The notes under the pieces were generated by a model. It saw only the letters and a list, made by a program, of their open reading frames with translations. It ran no database searches and had not been told where the DNA came from. From Guillardia theta CCMP2712 (taxonomy: Eukaryota; Protista; Cryptophyta), in assembly GCF_000315625.1 (NCBI RefSeq), contig NW_005434502.1, positions 1 through 64,000 of the forward strand: a DNA stretch of 64,000 bases, in the 5' to 3' direction. Both the position numbers and the translations under genes were made by a program. Within the stretch, counting starts at the first letter, position 1; each line of letters starts with the position of its first letter. Below, in pieces: positions 58,101 to 64,000 of this stretch.

Positions 58101-61100
58101 TCACGTTGTAGGAGATTATTTTGGAGCTCGGATTATGAAGATCGACCTGAAATGCGCAATCAGCTTCTATCAGCTTTCTTTTGTGCTTTCTTCTACTCCT
58201 GACTCTCTCACTCCTCTCGTGTCTCCCCCTCCTTCCTTTCTATTCCCCTTCATGTCTCACCTTTCGAACCACCTCACCGTTCAATTTCCCGTCGAACTCG
58301 ATGGTGGCCTGAAGGGTTGAGAGTGAAACAAGCAGCAGCAGCAGCAGCAGCACATCTGGACCTTGGGAACGAACTGAGGACAAACCTCGAAGAGCGAGAG
58401 AGCAAAGACGATGTTGGCTCGAGCCCTCGGCTCAGCAAGAGACTCTGGAAGAGGAAGGAAAGGAAAATGCAGCTCCCTGAAGGGAACGGAGTGAGAGGAG
58501 AGCGGGAGAGACGACAAGTCACCTCAGGACTGCCAAAAGTTTCTTTGCGTTTGCGACTCTTTCTTCTAAGTCAACACACTTCTTGATGTTGTCGAAGAGA
58601 TTCCTGGAGGCGCTTGAGATACAAACAAGGAGGCTGGAGCTTCTCACCTCCTCGAGGGGATGTGGGAGACGATTACGGAAGCAAAGACGCGACAGTCGGC
58701 CAGGTCGTCGGAGAAGTTGCTGACAAACAGCTTCTCTCCAGGGAAAATCTGCGATAAGAATGTGAGAAGGTAACCAGGTCTCTTCAAAAGTTGACGATAA
58801 GAAACGAGAGGGACATAAAGCCTCGTCAAAAATTGACGACAAAGGTTGACAAAGTCTCTCACTTGCGCATGATGAAACGTCAGCCACTTCAGAAGGATGT
58901 TCTCAGATACACTGAATGTGTTGCTCCCTGTGTCATGCTTCACTCATCGGTAAAGTGAACGGTTGTACACCTGTCAACACGTGCAACTTTGAGGCAGAAT
59001 CTTGTGACTGAGCATCCTCGTTGACCGACCTGCAAGAGAGCAAACGATCATCATCTTTGAGATCTCTCGGACGTGCAAAGTTGACTAGACTGTCTAGATA
59101 TGATGATCTAAAGCGATTGTCTCAAAACATTTCCCTCGATATGATTATCTTACACAGATTGTCTTTTCAAGATCTTGCTATCAATCTCTTAATGTGTTCA
59201 TCTAATCTTATCTTCTTGTTGATTTGTATCATCCCTTGTGTTTACCTGCTTTCGGTTTGAAAAGATGTCATCGCCGCATCATAAGATCTTTGCGTGACTC
59301 TTCCGATCGCCAGCAATCTTATCACCTGTCGTAACAGTCATGATGACACGATTAAACTACATACAACTTACTTGGTGCAGCAAGATCGACCACATTCCTC
59401 TGTCGCATCAAAGTCACACAAAGAGCAAGCCATCCTCCCCTCCCCTTCTCAACTCCTTCGCTCCTCTACTCCTCGCATAGTCTGACCTGTGAAGGACTTC
59501 ATAGAATTCCTCGAAGAAAGAGAACAAGCTCGACGAGCCCTTGTCCGCCTCTTCCTGTAGATCGAAACCTGTCAGGAGCTGCTCACACTCGTTTGTCGTC
59601 CACCATCGGCAAGATAGCCTCGAAGAATTCTTTCTGCGGCAGCAGGTAGGCTGCTGGGCGTTCAGGACGTTTCTCAGCTCCTCCCTCGACTTGCCTGCAA
59701 CAACGTGTCCTACAAGAGCCCCATGTAGCTTCAGCTGGAGAAGGAGCTGGCCAAGTGCTGTCAGACAAGGGAGGGAGACGATAGAGAGAGGAAGGGGAGG
59801 GCAGGAGGAGAACTAGAAAAGATAGAGAGACAAGGGAGCAAAGATTTGGATAACAAGGAAATCTTACCTCCTCGTACGCATCTAAGATTTCGAAGATTTC
59901 CTTCCTTTGCTGTGTGTAAGGATGAAGTCAGGCACAACCATTCTTCTTCTACTCTTCCCTTCTTTTCCATCACTTTCAACGTCTCTTCTCCCTTCCCTAC
60001 ATCATTCCACATCCTCGTGCTTGCGTGAAGGCTACCAGTGGTTTTCCCCCTCGCGGAGTCTGAGGATCCATCGCTGCAGCCAGCTTGCCTCCTTTTTGTG
60101 TCCCTGACTTCTTGTCCTGTGGCCTCGATCAGCCGAGTAGCAGCTGAGGGAGGAGAGGAGAGGAGAGGAGAGGAGAGGAGAGGAGAGGAGAGGAGAGGAG
60201 AGGAGAGGAGAGGAGAGGAGAGGAGAGGAGAGGAGAGGAGAGGAGAGGAGAGGAGAGGAGAGGAGAGGAGAGGAGAGGAGAGGAGAGGAGAGGAGAGGAG
60301 AGGAGAGGAGAGGAGAGGAGAGGAGAGGAGAAGCAAGGATAGGATAGCAGGATTTAACAACCTTCTGGAGGGAGGCGATGAGGTCGAAGAAAGCTTTTCC
60401 TCGAGAGCTGACCAGCTGGTCGAAGGAGGTGACTGGAGAGAGGAAGAGACCTGCCCAGGATTCGTCAGCAAGAGACTCTCCCCCTCCTCCGTCTCCTTCC
60501 TGTGCTTGCCCAGGCGATGAGATCCTCAAGCGGCTGTGGTTCGGAGAGGACAGCACACTCTGCAAAGAGGTGAAAAGAAAGTCGGAGGAGGAGGAGAGAA
60601 AGGAAGGAGAAACAAGGACTGAATGACGGAGGGAGAGAGAAGGAAGAGCGGAAGAGGAGGGCAGGAAGGCAGGAGAGATGAGGAAGTACCTGCGAGGAGT
60701 GAAAAGATTGACTCGTGCGAAAGGTTGAGCAGCGAAACTTTTCCATCACTCAATCTTCTCGGGTTATAACCTGTAGAGGAAGAGAAGCAATGAAAAGCAT
60801 CAGTCTCAACAGCAGGTGATCTGGAAAGAGATTTTGAGTTATGTTTGCTTGCCTGCATTTTCAAGAAAATCCTGATAATTGGGCGAAGCATCTGCATTGA
60901 GCAGCCGAGATGTGATTACCTAGAGACTGTTCGTTCAGTTCGGCTTCCCCATCCTCCTTCTCCCCCATCACACTCTTTTCTCCCACTACACAATTTCACT
61001 TCCCCTCATCCTCCTCTTCCTCCTCCACCTTTCCAGGTCCTCCCGATGTCCTGACGTTTCCATGGTTGAGCTGCAGCCAGGGGTAGACGGAGAAGAAGTT

Positions 61101-62072
61101 GTTGTCGCTTGTAGCAATCACTTTGATCTGCCATCTTCTTACAACCTCAACGGCATCCTCAACAAATTCACAGTGTATGCTGTCTCGTTCCCATCCAAAA
61201 ATGACAAATCTGCCAAAGTCGTTACCTTCATCACCTCGATCATCGACCTCCTCCTCCTCCTCCTCTCCTTTGCTTTCCTCGTTCACATTCTGACATTTGT
61301 GAAGTTCTCACCAGCATTGACGGAACAACTCTTCTTCGACGAGAAAGTGACATGCACAGGAATTCTTCGCTTTGCCGTGCTGATCACCTTCAACATCCTT
61401 CAGACTTGGACATACTAGGACAAATGATGCCCTCACCTCGCCTTCCGGAAATGAGAAAGAAAAGCCGAGACCATCGGGATACATGTGCTTCAGGCATCTG
61501 CGATGAAATGAGATGAGAAGAGATTCTCCTGCCATGTTGAAATACAAGTTGTCGAATCCATGATTGATGAGGTAGAAAGTGACTGCTGAGACGTTAGATG
61601 AAGCAGATCAGAGCTACATGTACGCTTGCCTGATGAAGTCATGTTGATGGGAACCGTCGGCAAGATGACTTCTCGTCTGTTGAAAGTTCAAGACAGGCAT
61701 CTAAGTTCATTCGTGGAGTTCAACCTGTCAAAGTAGATCGCAGGGTTCGATCCAAGTCCAACCACCTGTCGATCGCTGTCAACAGAGCGAGCTTTTGAAA
61801 TCTACATCAACCTCAATGTTGAGATATGGTTTGTCAAGTTTTGATCCGATGTAGAGAAGATATTGACATCTGATGTGATCATCACCGTTGCTAATCCTCT
61901 TGTATCTCCATCTCTCGCTCTCTCCTGTACTCACCTGTACTCGCGGTTCACAGAACCTGTGGGAGTGAAGCCCACATTGCATGTGTAACAACTGCCTGCA
62001 TGCAAAGTGAAGGATAGGTTGTCTGATCCGTGGACCTGTCACAATAAGAAACAAATCAGGCGAAATCATCAC

Positions 62073-62117
<45 letters not shown>

Positions 62118-64000
62118 CGTTGTTGTCGTTGTCGTTGTCGTCGTCTTCATTCTCATCATTATCGCTTTCATCACAATCACCACCACCACCACCGCCACAG
62201 CCATCATCAGCATCATTCCCAAAGAGCACCAGAGAAGATTCTGTTGATTGAGCTTCGAAGATCTGAAAGTTTCCTCCCTGTCATTGCGTTTCAGATGAGA
62301 TCTATGTAACGGAGAACATCCACCACTGCAGGTCTTCCGACTTTGCAAGAAGCTGCGGGAGGATCGTGAGAAGTTGTGAGAAGAAAGAGAATTAACGACC
62401 GTCATTCGATACCAAGACGACGCGACAATTAAGGTCATCAGAAGAGAAACTTGTGATCTCAACAGGGAGCGAGTAGCAAAAGTTCTTGTTCGATAGCTGT
62501 TTGCATTCAATAAGCAATCACATCTATGAGGTGTAGATGAAGACAAAGGAACGGAAACATGTCTGTCCAGACAGGCAAAGATGAAGGAGTGCGACAAGTA
62601 GGAGGAAGGGAGAGAATAAAAGACAAGGAAGGAAGAGGAGAGAAGGCAAGCGATGGCGACGTTCACAAAAAAAGGGAGGAGGACGTCAAAGGGGTGAGAT
62701 AGAAGGAAGAACAAAGAGATTGACCTGCTCAGTAACATTGACTCGATGCCCGAATTGAATGCTCGAGACTGAGAGCTGCAACAAGATTCCATAAGCAACT
62801 AGATTTCATAAGCAAGGAGGAGGGAGGAAGAGGAGGAGGAGGAGGAGGAGGAGAAGGAGGAGGAGGAGGACGAGGAGGAAGAAGAGGAGGGGAAGGAGGA
62901 CGAGGAGGAGGACGAGGAGGAGGGGGGGGGGAAAGGAGGAGGAGGGGGAGGAGGATGGGAGGGGGAGGAGGCTCAGAGGGGAGCAGATGTCATATGAAGG
63001 GAGATGGGTGAGGAGAAGTTTTGAAGAGGTTTGAGAGACCTGCACTTGTGGTCTCGTTGCCTCAGCTGCTACGACTCGTCGAATTTTTTTCCTCATCGAG
63101 CCAGGCAAGTCACCCGTAGAGATTCCCTGACAGAGAGAGATAGGAAGGAGTGTGGAAGAGGAGAGGGGAGGAGGGGAGACGAACGAAGGAAGAGAGCACA
63201 AGGAGGCAAGAGAAATATTGAGAAAGAAGGTTGAGGGAAGGAAAGAGGAGAGTCAGGATAAGGTCCGACATACACATCGATCTAGTCAACCTTGATGCTG
63301 AGAGGAAGTTCAAACGCGTATGAGCTGACTGAGGACGGTGAGAAGACAAGTTCCAAAGCTGATGTGAAGTTTGGTCGCATCGCAAACTCCAACACCTGAA
63401 TAACCTTGTCAACGTCTTGTTGCAAAGTGTTCTGTTCCCTACTTTCGGTTCTTGGAATTGTGTTTTGGTCGTGGAAGTCTGAAATTGCGAGTGAGATGCA
63501 AAGAAAACATCTTGACTACCATCTCGGATTCTTCCACGTTTCTCAATCCTTCGCCAAGATTCATGGTAAAGTCTGGGAACTGCAGCAAGAGAATCAGAGC
63601 GGTCAGAGATGACATTGGCGAAGCGCATCCAGTGCAGCGTTTGAAACGAACACGTGCACTATCTGACACATATCAGACAAATTTGTGCAAAAGATGACAT
63701 AAGATCGACAAGGTATATGATGCACGAAGACAAATCGAAAGATTCAAGAGAGGTGCCAGGTATGTGAGGAATTTTGAAACCTTGCGCAGGTCCATCTGCA
63801 TGACAGCTTCCAAGTTTGCGCTGCGATGAGCATCAGAGAGCATCGACGGACAGGTTAAACGATCGATGATGACAAATGTCAGCATCTGACAATCAAGTCC
63901 GGAGGACATGAAAACAAGAAAGATGAAGAGAATGGGCCAAGGGTATATGAGTTGGAGGAAGGTACAGGGATAGAGAGGTGAGGAGGTCAAGAGGAGAAGG
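52102..64000 (-). CDS. CFAP47: Cilia- and flagella-associated protein 47 (CH + many ASH/Ig-like domains); 5' part outside the window
   Basis: CH-domain exons SNTFSVSENILLKWLTFHH and NFSDDLADCRVFASVIVSHIP. Ig-like exons (ISFNNPFETPL, EIGVSNPMDQDITFQVVLEG, QWIYELVG) across dozens of exons. Stop at 52102-52104. Confidence 0.8.
56075..56368. repeat. Intronic ~29-bp minisatellite (GAGTAGATGGAGAT[G/A]GTGAGGTAGAGGTA)
   Basis: About 9-10 copies seen directly. Confidence 0.9.
60151..60331. repeat. Intronic (AGGAG)n pentamer
   Basis: About 35 perfect copies. Confidence 0.95.

Noticed and set aside
59761-62798. ORFs with LSSPL, EERRG, poly-M or poly-H tracts
   Set aside because: Intronic microsatellites of CFAP47 read through in frame.

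Overview
Eukaryotic nuclear DNA: gene-dense, with many ~45-60 nt spliceosomal introns, purine/pyrimidine-skewed low-complexity introns and two N gaps. Bipartite plastid-targeting leaders (signal peptide + A|F), a flagellar gene and the intron style point to a cryptophyte alga such as Guillardia theta or a close relative (inference). About 17 host protein genes can be read by manual splicing: TFIIH p62, Zn2Cys6 TF, LRR-kinase, plastid MATE, fibrillin, an LRLRGG-leader protein, a SUMO-like-domain protein, an LSm1-like protein, HIR/SPFH, a DHX29-like helicase, a PDZ-EF-SH2 protein, a SAM-like protein, an EF-hand protein, a secreted/GPI protein, a CDK-like kinase, a DZR-RING E3 and CFAP47, plus tRNA-Ala(UGC). 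Most notable: (i) a ~35-43.6 kb accessory island holding a spliced, apparently intact ~910-aa P-element-like transposase, a CRE-type retrotransposon endonuclease remnant, a 3-kb 15-mer satellite rich in splice-donor motifs with a 580-bp duplication, and an intronless surface-protein gene; (ii) an SH2 domain hidden across introns in a PDZ protein; (iii) two nearby genes whose signal-peptide leaders end in a ubiquitin-like L(R/H)LRGG motif, one of them an LSm1-like protein. All calls come from motif recognition by eye; no searches were run and exon boundaries are approximate unless stated.
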